Below are positions 27,694 to 37,669 of a stretch of 64,000 bases of DNA, in pieces (position 1 is the stretch's first letter; the number at the start of each line of letters is the position of its first letter). The notes below the pieces were generated by a model. The model had not been told where the DNA came from. It was given only the letters and a program-made list of their open reading frames with translations, and made no database searches. The position numbers and the translations under genes were made by a program. This DNA is from Pararhizobium sp. Its GTDB lineage: Bacteria > Pseudomonadota > Alphaproteobacteria > Rhizobiales > Rhizobiaceae. The stretch spans positions 5,317,342-5,381,341 of the forward strand of contig CP051237.1 in NCBI GenBank assembly GCA_017794825.1, written 5' to 3'.

Positions 27694-28692
27694 ATGCTGA
27701 AACACTCAATGAAACTTTTGACCGGAGCAGCCTTGGCGGCAGTGCTGCACGTCACCCACGCCGGCGCGGCGGACAAGGTCGTTTACCAGCTCGACTGGTT
27801 GCCGGGTGGCGACAAGGCTCCGATCTACGTCTGCATTCAGAACGGGTTCTGCGAAGAGGAAGGCATCGAAGTCTCCATCGAACCCGGCAAGGGATCGACC
27901 GAGGCCATCACCAAGATGGCGACGGGAACGTCCGACATCGGAACGGCAGGCATCAGCGCGCTGATGGCCGCCAAAGCCAATGAAGATGTGCCGGTGACGG
28001 CCGTCATGTCCTATTTCAACAAGGGGCCGCACGCCTTCTTCGCGACCAAGGACTCCGGGATCGCCGACGTCGCCGACGTAAAGGGCAAGGAAGTCGCGAC
28101 GTCTCCCTTTACCTCCTCGAACGTATTCCTGCCGCTGGTATTGGAAGATGTCGGTTTGACGGAAGACGACATTACGCTCACCAAGGCCGACCCGGCAGCC
28201 CTCGGTCCGATGCTGATGACCGGCAGCGCCGACGCTGTTATCGCATGGCTCACCAATGTGACCGTGTTCACCAATCAGGCGAAGGAAGCAGGCAAGGAAC
28301 TTGTCGTTCTGCCGTGGTCCGCAGCCGGTCTCGATCTTTACGAGGCGAGCGTCATGGCGTCGGACAGGTTTCTGACAGAACGTCCGGACGTCGCGAAACG
28401 CTTCCTCAAGGCCTACAAGAAGTCCATGGAGTTCACCCGGGACAATCCGGAAGAGGCCGCCAAAGCGGTAACCGCGATGATTCCGGAGATGTCGAGCGCG
28501 GATGTCGCGGGCGGCATCAAGGACGCCTTTGTTCTGGTTTTCAATGACGTGACGGACAAGGACGGGTTCGGCGTGTTCGAGCCTGGCCGACTTCAGGCGA
28601 CCTGGGAGCGCGTTTCGGCGTCGCAGGGTCTGGAGCCGGGCGCGCTCGATCCGGAATCCATTGTCGACCGCAGCTACATGCCGGAGAGCTGA
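27694..28692 (+). CDS. ABC transporter substrate-binding protein (NMT1/SsuA/TauA-like)
   Basis: 332 aa, signal peptide LLTGAALAAVLHVTHAGA, NMT1-like fold signature (QLDWLPGGDKAPIYV). Confidence 0.85.
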   Translation: MLKHSMKLLTGAALAAVLHVTHAGAADKVVYQLDWLPGGDKAPIYVCIQNGFCEEEGIEVSIEPGKGSTEAITKMATGTSDIGTAGISALMAAKANEDVPVTAVMSYFNKGPHAFFATKDSGIADVADVKGKEVATSPFTSSNVFLPLVLEDVGLTEDDITLTKADPAALGPMLMTGSADAVIAWLTNVTVFTNQAKEAGKELVVLPWSAAGLDLYEASVMASDRFLTERPDVAKRFLKAYKKSMEFTRDNPEEAAKAVTAMIPEMSSADVAGGIKDAFVLVFNDVTDKDGFGVFEPGRLQATWERVSASQGLEPGALDPESIVDRSYMPES

Positions 28693-28694
28693 TA

Positions 28695-29474
28695 GTGACA
28701 TTGCCTGAAATACCTGCCCTCGAATTCGACGATGTAGGGCAGGTATTCGACACGGCCTCGGGCAAACTGGAAGCCCTCAGGGGCGTCAGCATGAAAGTGC
28801 GCCGCCACGAATTCGTGGCGGTTCTCGGCCCTTCCGGCTGTGGCAAGTCTACCTTGCTGCGCCTGACGTCCGGACTGATTGCGCCGACTTCGGGAACAGT
28901 CCGGGTCTTCGGCAAGGAGGTCGACGGGCCGCGCGATGACGTCGGCATCGTCTTCCAGAAGCCGACGCTGCTGCCCTGGGCCAATGTCGAGGACAATGTT
29001 GTCTTTCCGATCCGTCACAAGACAGGGCGCGTCAGGCCCGAACACCGGGAGACCGCCCGCGAGTTGTTGCGGAAAGTCGGCCTCGAAGGTTTCGAGAAGC
29101 GACTGCCTTCCGAACTTTCCGGCGGCATGCAACAGCGCGTCGGCATCGCCCGCGCCATGCTGCTCAATCCGGACATACTGCTCATGGACGAGCCGTTCTC
29201 GGCGCTTGATGCGTTGACCCGTGAGGAAATGGGTTTCGAGCTCCTCGATATATGGCAGGCGCAGCCCAAAACCGTCATGTTCATCACCCATTCGATTTCG
29301 GAAGCAGCCCTGCTGGCTGACCGGGTTCTGGTGATGAGCGAGCGTCCCGGCCACTTCGTCGCGGATTTCGAGGTGCCGCTTCCGCGACCACGAAGCGTCG
29401 AAACAAGCACGCGCAAGGAAATGCATGAATTCGCAGCAAAGCTCCGCAGCCTCCTCCTCAAGCGCGCAGCTTGA
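28695..29474 (+). CDS. ABC transporter ATP-binding protein (SsuB/TauB-like)
   Basis: GTG start 2 nt after the SBP stop. Walker A GPSGCGKST, signature LSGGMQQRVGIARA, Walker B ILLMDEPFSALD. Confidence 0.9.
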   Translation: MTLPEIPALEFDDVGQVFDTASGKLEALRGVSMKVRRHEFVAVLGPSGCGKSTLLRLTSGLIAPTSGTVRVFGKEVDGPRDDVGIVFQKPTLLPWANVEDNVVFPIRHKTGRVRPEHRETARELLRKVGLEGFEKRLPSELSGGMQQRVGIARAMLLNPDILLMDEPFSALDALTREEMGFELLDIWQAQPKTVMFITHSISEAALLADRVLVMSERPGHFVADFEVPLPRPRSVETSTRKEMHEFAAKLRSLLLKRAA

Positions 29475-30267
29475 GCAAAAGCAGGCAGGAAACCCGTTGA
29501 AGGCGATACTCGCACTGCCCATCCTGCGGCCGATTGCGACTTTCGCCGCTATCCTCGTTGTCTGGGAGTTGTCGACGATCGTCTTTGCTATCCCGTCCTT
29601 CCTGCTGCCGGCGCCGACGCGCATCGTCACCGGGTTTGACGCAGTCGAGTTTACACGCTGGATCGAGCACATATGGGCGACGCTTCGAGTCGCGCTCTAC
29701 GGCTATATCACGGCGATCGTCATCGCCCTGCCGCTGGCGATCGTGCTGTCGCGCTCCAAGGTCGTGTCCGACTGTCTATATCCGCTGCTCGTCGTGATCC
29801 AGTCGACGCCGGTCGTCGCCGTCGCGCCAATCATCATCGTGGTGCTTGGTTCAGGCGATGCGCCGCGGATCGTGATCACCTTCCTGATCACCTTCTTCCC
29901 GCTTGTCGTTTCCATGACGACAGGGTTGATGGCGACGCCACCGGAGCTGATCGAACTGTCGCGCAGCCTTCGCGCGCCAGTGTCGCGCGAGCTCAGCCAG
30001 ATCCGCATTCCCTACGCGATTCCCTACATATTCTCCGGCTTGAAAATCTCCATTACACTGTCGATCATCGGCGCCGTGGTGGCGGAGTTCGTCGCGGCGG
30101 AAAAGGGCATCGGGTACTTCATCCAGTTCTCGACATCCTATTTCAAGATACCGCAGGCCTGGGCCGGACTGTTCATTCTGGTGCTGATTTCGTTACTGTT
30201 ATTTCAGATCATCTCGGCAATTCAGAGACAGTTTTTTCCCTGGAGCCTGCCGAAGGATAACAACTGA
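29425..30267 (+). CDS. ABC transporter permease (SsuC/TauC-like)
   Basis: 280 aa with 6 TM-like segments. It overlaps the ATPase gene by 50 nt if ATG 29425 is used, so the true start may be later. Confidence 0.85.
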   Translation: MNSQQSSAASSSSAQLEQKQAGNPLKAILALPILRPIATFAAILVVWELSTIVFAIPSFLLPAPTRIVTGFDAVEFTRWIEHIWATLRVALYGYITAIVIALPLAIVLSRSKVVSDCLYPLLVVIQSTPVVAVAPIIIVVLGSGDAPRIVITFLITFFPLVVSMTTGLMATPPELIELSRSLRAPVSRELSQIRIPYAIPYIFSGLKISITLSIIGAVVAEFVAAEKGIGYFIQFSTSYFKIPQAWAGLFILVLISLLLFQIISAIQRQFFPWSLPKDNN

Positions 30268-30397
30268 CGAAAGGAGACCATAAAAGGCCAAACGGCCAGC
30301 AACGACTGTCAATGGCAACGGAGTAGAAGCAGTCAACGTCACACGACGTGGTCATTGCTCCATAGGAAACACGGGATTACCCGTATTGGAGAATAAA

Positions 30398-31399
30398 ATG
30401 AACACAACTGTATCCGAAAAGAACTACAGCCTCGACGAGCTGAACAAGGAAACGACGTTCGGCGGCGCGGGCTCGGAAAAGATACGCGACATTCCCCGCA
30501 TCGACCTGTCGGATTTTGACGCCCGAAAAGGCGAAATCGCCGATGCGCTCTGGTCGGCGTCGACCGACATCGGCTTTTTCCAACTCGTCAATCACGGCAT
30601 TCCCCAGGACATGATCGATGGCGCCTTCGAGGCTTCGGAAGCCTTCTTTACGCTTCCGGAAGAGGTCAAGGCGCGTTTTCCGCTTTTGTCCGGCACGAAT
30701 GCCGGCTGGGAATACAAGGCGCAGGTGCGCCCGTCGACCGGCACGGCGGACCAGAAGGAATCCTACCAGATCACGCTGCCGCGCATGACCGAGCTCTGGC
30801 CAAGCGAAGAAGAACTGGCCGGATTCAAGACCACCATGCTCGCTTTTGAAAGGGCAAACTGGGAACTCGGCATGCGGGTTTTGTCCTGCTTCGCCCTAAA
30901 GCTCGGTTTCGTCGAAGACTTCTTCACCGAGCGCCACGATCCCGCGTCGCCGGAATATCAGAGCACGCTCCGGCTTCTGCACTATCTCGCGCTGGTCAAC
31001 GCCAAACCGGAAGACTTCACGTCATTCTGGCGCGCCGGCGCCCATACGGATTTCGACTGCCTGACGCTGTTGCATCAGCGGCCGGGACAGGGTGGTTTGC
31101 AGCTTTGTCCGGGCAAGGAATCCAGCGAACTCGCCTGGACGGACGTCCCGCCGCTGCCTGGCGTCGTCACCTGCAACATCGGCGACATGCTGATGCGATG
31201 GAGCGACGACAAGCTGCAATCGACGCTACATCGGGTGCGGATGCCGAAGCCCGAAGAGTCGCGAGGATCACGCTATTCCATGGCCTTCTTCTGTCAGGCC
31301 AACAAGGATGCGATCATCGAGGGGCCGGAAAAGCATTACGCGCCGATCACGGCGCACGATTATCTCCAGCAGCGCATCGCCGCGAACTTCGCGAAGTAG
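30398..31399 (+). CDS. 2-oxoglutarate/Fe(II)-dependent oxygenase (isopenicillin N synthase-like family)
   Basis: ATG 30398 after GGAG. DIOX_N-type N-terminus (IPRIDLSDF...GFFQLVNHGIP) and an HxD...H facial triad region (GAHTDFDCLTLL...STLHRV). Confidence 0.85.
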   Translation: MNTTVSEKNYSLDELNKETTFGGAGSEKIRDIPRIDLSDFDARKGEIADALWSASTDIGFFQLVNHGIPQDMIDGAFEASEAFFTLPEEVKARFPLLSGTNAGWEYKAQVRPSTGTADQKESYQITLPRMTELWPSEEELAGFKTTMLAFERANWELGMRVLSCFALKLGFVEDFFTERHDPASPEYQSTLRLLHYLALVNAKPEDFTSFWRAGAHTDFDCLTLLHQRPGQGGLQLCPGKESSELAWTDVPPLPGVVTCNIGDMLMRWSDDKLQSTLHRVRMPKPEESRGSRYSMAFFCQANKDAIIEGPEKHYAPITAHDYLQQRIAANFAK

Positions 31400-31404
31400 C
31401 ATAC

Positions 31405-31442
31405 CAAAAAAGACAGTCCCGCCTTCATGCAGAAGGCGGGGC
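31405..31442 (-). terminator. Rho-independent terminator for the minus-strand methyltransferase-GNAT operon
   Basis: CCCGCCTTC (31418-31426) pairs with GAAGGCGGG (31432-31440) around a 5-nt loop. On the minus strand it is followed by ACTGTCTTTTTTG. Confidence 0.55.
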
Positions 31443-31451
31443 GCACTTGAA

Positions 31452-32036
31452 TTACTTGTGATCTCGTTTCACGAGCAGCACCCAGTTTTCGCCGTCGCAA
31501 TCCCAGCCGTCTTCCTTGACGATCGGCCGACTGTCGGTTTCAACATAGCCGGTTTTCTCGTAAAGGCGTCGCGCGCCGGTATTGCCGTCGGACACGATGA
31601 TGCTCATCGGGCGTCCGCCCGCCATTTGCTCGGCTTCAGCCAGAAGATGGGCGCCGCAGCCCATCCCGCGAAATTCCGGATGGGTCGCCAGCACGTTGAC
31701 GTACTGCGTGCCCGGGGCAAGGTTTTCCAGTTCCTGCAGCGGGACGAACATCGCCGGCATCGAATCGTAATCGATCGGCTCCGGCGTCTCCGTAAGCGGG
31801 TAGGTGACCAGGCAGGCGGCGACGTCTCCCCGAACTTCAGCGATCACCGCATTCCTGTAGGTGAATGCGCCCTCGCTGCGCCGGGCCCGAATGCGGCCGA
31901 ACTCCCACGGGTCCATGCCGTCTTCGGCGTTCTTGCTCCATACATGATAGGGCATGCCTTCGCCGGCATAGTTGATCAGGCGAGCCAGATGATCGGCGTC
32001 ATCCGGCGTCGCAGGTCTTGTCGGGAAACCAACCAT
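31452..32036 (-). CDS. GNAT family N-acetyltransferase
   Basis: Start ATG 32036 (MVGFPTRPATPDDADHLARL) sits in a TGATG overlap with the upstream stop. Acetyl-CoA motif HPEFRGMGCGAHLL. Confidence 0.8.
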   Translation of the reverse strand: MVGFPTRPATPDDADHLARLINYAGEGMPYHVWSKNAEDGMDPWEFGRIRARRSEGAFTYRNAVIAEVRGDVAACLVTYPLTETPEPIDYDSMPAMFVPLQELENLAPGTQYVNVLATHPEFRGMGCGAHLLAEAEQMAGGRPMSIIVSDGNTGARRLYEKTGYVETDSRPIVKEDGWDCDGENWVLLVKRDHK

Positions 32037-32998
32037 CAAGCGGCCTCTCTGTGTGCGAAACAGGCGTCGTGGATCGCCGCGACGTGGCGTATGTCCGTGC
32101 CGCAGCATCCGCCAAGGACGACGAGATTCGGAAGCATGTGCATGAGCTCGTGGTATTCGCGGCCCAGCTCATGCGGGTCTCCGGGGTCGAGTTCCTCGGC
32201 GTTGTCCAGTTCCGCATGGCTCATCTTCGACGCATTCGCCCTCAGGCCGCCGATGCGCGTCAGCCAGGCGTCCTTATTGCCAAGCACATCCTTGAAATGG
32301 GTCGGATGGGCGCAGTTGATCATATAGTAGACCGGGTAGTGTCCGGTTTCCTTGTCCGTCTGTTCGATTGCATCTGCAAGCGACTGGCCGGTCGGCAATC
32401 TGCCGTCCGTCTCAACGGTATACGCCAGAACAACCGGCATGTCCGCCCCTTTTGCCGCCTGGGCTATTCCGATCGCTTCCTCGACGTAGTTCAACGTCAC
32501 GGCCGAAATGATATCGACGCCGGCGTCGGCGAACAACCCGATTTGCCAGGAGTGATAGTCACGGGCTTCCTCGATCGACATCATCCCGGAAGGGCTGTAT
32601 CCGTCCCCGCGCGGGCCGAGATTTCCGCTGATGACAAACGGGGACTCCGTTGTCTCGTACGCGTCGCGGATTTCCCCAAGCAGCGCCACGCTGGCGCGAT
32701 TGGCCTGCTCCAGTTGCGCAGTGGAATATCCCAGAAGTTTGCCCCAGTCTGGGCTGGCCCGCCAGGTCGCGGATTCGAGAACAAAACCCGTCTTCTGCGC
32801 GCGCGCCAGTTCCGCGTAGGGGCGATAGTAGTCTATTGTCGCGTCGCGGCCTTCGGCGGTCTTCAGCACATCGAAAGAGGCGAAGTGTGGAAGATCCATC
32901 CCCTCGTGGAAGATCAGCGTGGTTTCCATGCCGCCGTCCGTCAGCATGGCCTTTCCATTCATCTGTGGCAGGCTGTTTCTGTATTTTGCGTTCAACAT
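32036..32998 (-). CDS. Homocysteine S-methyltransferase family protein
   Basis: ATG 32998 after AAGGAG. LTDGGMETTLIF N-terminus and C-terminal zinc-ligand motif LGGCCGTDIRHV. Confidence 0.85.
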   Translation of the reverse strand: MLNAKYRNSLPQMNGKAMLTDGGMETTLIFHEGMDLPHFASFDVLKTAEGRDATIDYYRPYAELARAQKTGFVLESATWRASPDWGKLLGYSTAQLEQANRASVALLGEIRDAYETTESPFVISGNLGPRGDGYSPSGMMSIEEARDYHSWQIGLFADAGVDIISAVTLNYVEEAIGIAQAAKGADMPVVLAYTVETDGRLPTGQSLADAIEQTDKETGHYPVYYMINCAHPTHFKDVLGNKDAWLTRIGGLRANASKMSHAELDNAEELDPGDPHELGREYHELMHMLPNLVVLGGCCGTDIRHVAAIHDACFAHREAA

Positions 32999-33247
32999 GA
33001 TTAGTCTCCTTGTGTTGCGGAGGGGTATAGCGGGTGGCGATCCAGGATTGCAGTGAGATTGCGGTGCAGATTTTGCGGCCTGTATTTCCTTTTTGAAAAC
33101 AATCATCTGTGAGAATTCGCACCGAATGCGCCTGATCCGCCCACAAAAAACTGCACCACAGGTACGGAAAATGGTTTGCGCAGCGCTGGCTTTGACTTAC
33201 GCCGCTACTCGCTCCATCAAAACGGATGGTCAGAAAAGGCGGATTGC

Positions 33248-34390
33248 ATGCGTTCATCGGTGATCATTTCGGCGCTCGTCGCAGTTTTGGTAGGTTTCGG
33301 AAGTTCAGTCGCCATCATCATCGCGGCGGCGCACGCCGTCGGAGCGACAGAAGCGCAAACGGCCTCCTGGATCAGCGGCGCGTGCGCAGCCACGATGTTT
33401 TCCACCGCCGTTCTCAGTTTCAGGTTCCGGATTCCGATTGTCGCCGCCTGGTCGACGCCTGGCGCCGCCATGATCGCAACGACGTCCGGAATCACGATGC
33501 CGGAAGCCGTTGGCGCGTTCATCCTAGCCGCCATGCTGATCCTGTTGACGGCGGCCTTCCGGCCGATCAACGCCATGATCGCCCGAATACCACAAGCCGT
33601 CGCGTCGGCAATGCTTGCCGGCGTTCTGTTCGGTTTCGTGGTCGCTGTTTTCGTGCATCTCAACGCCATTCCGCAGCTGGTGCTGCCGATGGTTCTCCTG
33701 TTCATCGTGGCGCGCATATTCTCGCCTTCCTGGGCGGTGCTGGCGGTGCTGGCGCTGGGCGTCGTGCTGGTCTATGCGCTGGGCATGGCCAAGCCTGTCG
33801 AGGAACTCGGTCTTTCGACATTCGAGATCATTGTCCCGGAGTTCAAGGCGTCTGTTCTGATTGGTCTCGGGTTACCGCTCTATCTCGTCACGATGGCGTC
33901 GCAGAACCTGCCGGGTTTCGCGGTTCTGCGCTCGGCGGGCTATGAGGCGCCGACGCGTTCGATCCTTGCTGTTACGGGATTCGGGTCGCTTGTAACCGCC
34001 GTTATCGGCGCGCACACGACAAACCTGGCCGCAATCACCGCGTCGATCTGCACCGGCGAGGACGCACATCCGGACAAGGACAAGAGATGGCTGACCGGTC
34101 CGGTCTATGCCGCCGGCTATGCCGTATTGACCCTGATCGGCGCATCGGTGGTGGTCATTTTCGCCAGCTTTCCGCCTGAACTTGTCGCGACGATTGCCGG
34201 CATCGCGTTGCTTGGGCCTCTGGTCGGGGCGCTCGGCAATAGCCTGGACGAAAAGGGGGACCGTTTTGCGGCGGTCATCACCTTCGTGGTGACGGCGTCC
34301 GGAATGACCCTTTTCGGCATTGGCGCGGCCTTCTGGGGGCTGCTCGCCGGGATTGCCGTCTATGGACTTGATAGCCTGCTCAAGCGGTAG
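33248..34390 (+). CDS. benE: Benzoate/H+ symporter BenE family transporter
   Basis: About 380 aa and highly hydrophobic. BenE-like motifs (PIVAAWSTPGAAMI, GLPLYLVTMASQNLPG). Confidence 0.8.
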   Translation: MRSSVIISALVAVLVGFGSSVAIIIAAAHAVGATEAQTASWISGACAATMFSTAVLSFRFRIPIVAAWSTPGAAMIATTSGITMPEAVGAFILAAMLILLTAAFRPINAMIARIPQAVASAMLAGVLFGFVVAVFVHLNAIPQLVLPMVLLFIVARIFSPSWAVLAVLALGVVLVYALGMAKPVEELGLSTFEIIVPEFKASVLIGLGLPLYLVTMASQNLPGFAVLRSAGYEAPTRSILAVTGFGSLVTAVIGAHTTNLAAITASICTGEDAHPDKDKRWLTGPVYAAGYAVLTLIGASVVVIFASFPPELVATIAGIALLGPLVGALGNSLDEKGDRFAAVITFVVTASGMTLFGIGAAFWGLLAGIAVYGLDSLLKR

Positions 34391-34393
34391 TCG

Positions 34394-34756
34394 TCACTTC
34401 AGTTCGACGCCAAGCGCCTTGCGCTGCGCTCGCGTGAGCTTGGCTGCGACAATCCTGTAGGCCGCCTCGATATAGTTTGCGATCTCGTCATCGGTGAGGG
34501 CGTCCGGGTCGCGCACCTGCACCCACTTGGCGCGCGCCAAATATGGCGCTGGAACGACGCCGTCCTGTTCGCACAGAACCGTGTAGGAGAAATCGCTGCA
34601 TTTGAAACTGATCGCGTCTTTTGTGTCCTTGCCCCAGTTCGAGCATATGGCGAATATCTTGCCGCCGATCTTCCAGACGGATGCGCCGCCCCATTGTTCG
34701 ACGCGGATAACGGCGGGAAGTTTGGCGCAGAACCGGTCGAACTCTTCGCGTGTCAT
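34394..34756 (-). CDS. MmcQ/YjbR family DNA-binding protein
   Basis: 120 aa with the characteristic EQWGGASVWKIGGKIFA segment. 4-nt overlap with the upstream gene. Confidence 0.85.
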   Translation of the reverse strand: MTREEFDRFCAKLPAVIRVEQWGGASVWKIGGKIFAICSNWGKDTKDAISFKCSDFSYTVLCEQDGVVPAPYLARAKWVQVRDPDALTDDEIANYIEAAYRIVAAKLTRAQRKALGVELK

Positions 34757-36030
34757 AGCAGTGCGCCGCGCGCGGCCAACGCCTTGTTCACGGCCTGTGC
34801 GGAGGCGGGTTTGGCCGAGGATGCGCTGAGGGCGGCCGCAGTTCCGGCGGCTTCGCCGGTGGCGAACGCCGTGCCCATAACCCGGATCGAGCCGTAGGCC
34901 CTGCCGTCGGCGCCGATGGTTCGTCCGGCGTACCAGAGATTGTCGAGGCCATCGGCGGTTATTGCGTCAAGCGGCACATGGCAGTAACCGTCGCCGCCAA
35001 CGGAGTGGTAGATGGGCTTGCCGGCCTCGCCGTGCAGTTCGATTGGCCATGCGGCGCGTGCGATTGGATGTTCGCATTTGCGGCCGCTGACGACGTCATC
35101 GAATGTCATCCGGTAGCGGGCTTTCGGATGTCGGCTTTCGCGAATGCCGATCTGCGGACCGGTCTGGGCCAGATAGGCGTCCTCGAAACCGTCGACATGG
35201 TCGCGAAGGGCCCGGACGAGCCCGTGCGCCATCACGCGGCCCTGCTGTTCCGCGCGTGTGAAGGAACTGGAGCTCAGATCATCGATCGGCAGGTCGACGG
35301 TCAGCCACCAGAAATCATCCGAACCCGGCACGCGCGTGTAGATGCCGCCGTCGCTTCGATTGATCTTCAGATCGCTTGTCTCGTTGTATTTTTCCGTCGT
35401 CGCAATGATGACCTGCCGGTCTATGCGTGTTCCCGGCGCCAGACCGCCGATCCTGAGCGGCATGGTCACGGCCTGAAGGTGGCCGTTCTCGTCGCCTGTC
35501 TGGCATTCCACGCCGGCAAGCAGTGCGAGATTGGCGTCGCCGCTTGCGTCCACGAAGGCGTCTGCGATGACGCGCCTGCGTCCGTCCATGCCCGCGAGCA
35601 TCACCGATTCAAGGTGGTGGCCGGTGCGGGAAACCGAGGCGACGCGGGTGTGCAGCAGAACATCGACGCCATGCTCGGCGCAGATGCGGTCGAGCGACAG
35701 TTTCAACACTTCCGGATCGAGGAGGATAATCCAGTTGCCGGTGGTCGGAGACCGGTAGGGTTTTGCGTCGAGACCGTGTCGACGCAATTCATCAAGCACC
35801 AGTTCGCCGGCGCCGGCCACCGCCTGCACAGGTTCGGGCGCCTGCTGAAAGAAACCGCAATAGGCCAGCACCTGCGCATTCGTCGCGGCGCCTCCGAGGA
35901 AACCGTATTTTTCCACGAGACACACCTTGGCGCCGGTGAGCGCGGCTCCGATAGCCGCTCCAACGCCAGCGGCGCCACCGCCGGCGACGACAACGTCATA
36001 GTCGGGCTGCCAGCTTTCGTCGGAAGACAA
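34753..36030 (-). CDS. FAD-dependent oxidoreductase (FAD_oxidored/GidA-like N-terminus)
   Basis: 425 aa. YDVVVAGGGAAGVGAAIGAALTGAKVCLVEK dinucleotide-binding motif. Confidence 0.85.
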   Translation of the reverse strand: MSSDESWQPDYDVVVAGGGAAGVGAAIGAALTGAKVCLVEKYGFLGGAATNAQVLAYCGFFQQAPEPVQAVAGAGELVLDELRRHGLDAKPYRSPTTGNWIILLDPEVLKLSLDRICAEHGVDVLLHTRVASVSRTGHHLESVMLAGMDGRRRVIADAFVDASGDANLALLAGVECQTGDENGHLQAVTMPLRIGGLAPGTRIDRQVIIATTEKYNETSDLKINRSDGGIYTRVPGSDDFWWLTVDLPIDDLSSSSFTRAEQQGRVMAHGLVRALRDHVDGFEDAYLAQTGPQIGIRESRHPKARYRMTFDDVVSGRKCEHPIARAAWPIELHGEAGKPIYHSVGGDGYCHVPLDAITADGLDNLWYAGRTIGADGRAYGSIRVMGTAFATGEAAGTAAALSASSAKPASAQAVNKALAARGALL

Positions 36031-36042
36031 TTGGCAATTCTC

Positions 36043-36882
36043 CTATCTGCGCCAGCGCAGGAAATACTGTTCGGCGAGCGAAATCAGGTAGCTGACGATC
36101 AGCCCGAGGATCGAAAGCAGAATGACGCCTGCAATGAGCTGATCGGTGGACATCAGGTTGCCTGCGAGCAGCACATAGGCGCCGATGCCGTATTCCGCGC
36201 CGATCATTTCGGCCGCAACCAGCAGAATAATCGAAATCGACGCCGAAATGCGCATGCCGTTGAGAATCGCGGGCAGGGCGCTCGGGAAGATGATTTTGCG
36301 AATGATCGACCAGCGCGACAGATTGAAGCTCTGTCCCATGTTGATCAGCGAGCGGTCCACCGCCTCTATGCCGCCATAGGTGGCGATAACCGTCGGGAAA
36401 AACGATCCGAACAGGATCGTTGCGACTTTTGACCCTTCGCCGATGCCGAACCAGATGATGAACAGCGGAAGCAGCGCGATTTTCGGTATTGGGAAGATGG
36501 CGGCGACGAGCGGTCGCAGAGCGGCGCGCGGATAGGACCAGAGCCCGATCAGCGCTCCTACGGCGAGACCGAGTATCGTGCCGCAGGTAAAGCCGATGAT
36601 GAGCCGGTAGAGCGAAGCGCTGAGATGTTTCCACAGAAGGCCGCTCTGGACGAGGTTCTTGAGCGCTTCAAGAACTTCCGAAGGCGAGGGCAGGACTATG
36701 GGCGGGATCATGCCGAAATGGCTTCCGATTTCCCATATGACGATAAGCACGAGGAAGACGATCGGAGCGATCAGCGCGCGCGGCTTGGGCGAGAAACCGC
36801 CGCCACGATAGCGGACCTTCCTGATTTCTTCCTCCGGGGTGGTCGTGACCACATCTTCGCGACGTTGTGCAAGATCAGACAT
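36043..36882 (-). CDS. ABC transporter permease (SsuC/TauC-like)
   Basis: 279 aa, multi-TM, EAA-like loop (MGQSFNLSRWSIIRKIIFPSALP). Confidence 0.9.
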   Translation of the reverse strand: MSDLAQRREDVVTTTPEEEIRKVRYRGGGFSPKPRALIAPIVFLVLIVIWEIGSHFGMIPPIVLPSPSEVLEALKNLVQSGLLWKHLSASLYRLIIGFTCGTILGLAVGALIGLWSYPRAALRPLVAAIFPIPKIALLPLFIIWFGIGEGSKVATILFGSFFPTVIATYGGIEAVDRSLINMGQSFNLSRWSIIRKIIFPSALPAILNGMRISASISIILLVAAEMIGAEYGIGAYVLLAGNLMSTDQLIAGVILLSILGLIVSYLISLAEQYFLRWRR

Positions 36883-37642
36883 CCGCCAACTCCCTGTCAG
36901 CTGAAAGCGCTTCTTCGCGCATCATCTCCCACAACTGGTCCTGAATTTCGATAAGTTCAGGGCTGCCGTGCTGTCTTTCACCGATCGGGACCGGTATCTC
37001 CACGACATTTCTGATAACGCCGGGACGACGCGACAGCACAATGATCTTGTGACCGAGTGCGACTGCCTCAGCCAGATTGTGCGTGACATAGCAGGCGGTG
37101 AACGCTTCGCGCTGCCAGAGCGCGACGAAATCATCCATCAGCAATTCGCGCGTCTGGCTGTCGAGCGCCGAAAGCGGTTCGTCCATCAGCAGAACCGCCG
37201 GATTGACGGCCAGGGCGCGAGCGATGGCCACACGCTGTTTCATGCCGCCGGAAAGCTGACGCGGGTAGGCGTTCGCGAATTCCGTCAGACGGGTGCGTTC
37301 GAGCACGTTTTCAATCCGCTCACGGACAGCTTGCGCGCCGAGTTTGTGTTCTTCCAGGACCAGCGAGATATTGCCCCACGCCGTGCGCCAGGGCAGAAGC
37401 GCGAAATCCTGGAAGATATAGGTCAGAGGGTTGAGGCTGTCGGCCGGAGGGTCGCCGATCTGGTAGACGCCTCCTGAAGTCGGTTCTTCAAGGCCGCCGA
37501 TCATCCTCAGAAGAGTGGACTTGCCGCACCCTGAAGGACCCACGATGCAGACGATCTGGCCACTGCGAATCTCCAGGCTGATGGACTTCAGCACTTGGAG
37601 ATCGTTGTATTTGTGGCTCAGATTCCTGATTTCGAGGTCCAC
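36875..37642 (-). CDS. ABC transporter ATP-binding protein
   Basis: Walker A GPSGCGKST, signature LSGGMKQRVAIARA, Walker B LLMDEPLSALD. Confidence 0.9.
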   Translation of the reverse strand: MDLEIRNLSHKYNDLQVLKSISLEIRSGQIVCIVGPSGCGKSTLLRMIGGLEEPTSGGVYQIGDPPADSLNPLTYIFQDFALLPWRTAWGNISLVLEEHKLGAQAVRERIENVLERTRLTEFANAYPRQLSGGMKQRVAIARALAVNPAVLLMDEPLSALDSQTRELLMDDFVALWQREAFTACYVTHNLAEAVALGHKIIVLSRRPGVIRNVVEIPVPIGERQHGSPELIEIQDQLWEMMREEALSADRELADV

Positions 37643-37669
37643 GGGCCGGCAATCTCCCTGTAAGATTGG

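Noticed and set aside
32999-33247. A SAM-II, SAM-V or SAM/SAH riboswitch upstream of the homocysteine S-methyltransferase
   Set aside because: By eye I saw no pseudoknot-forming consensus and no conserved AAAGCU-type tail, only short GCAA(A)ATCT-like repeats. This cannot be excluded without a covariance-model search.
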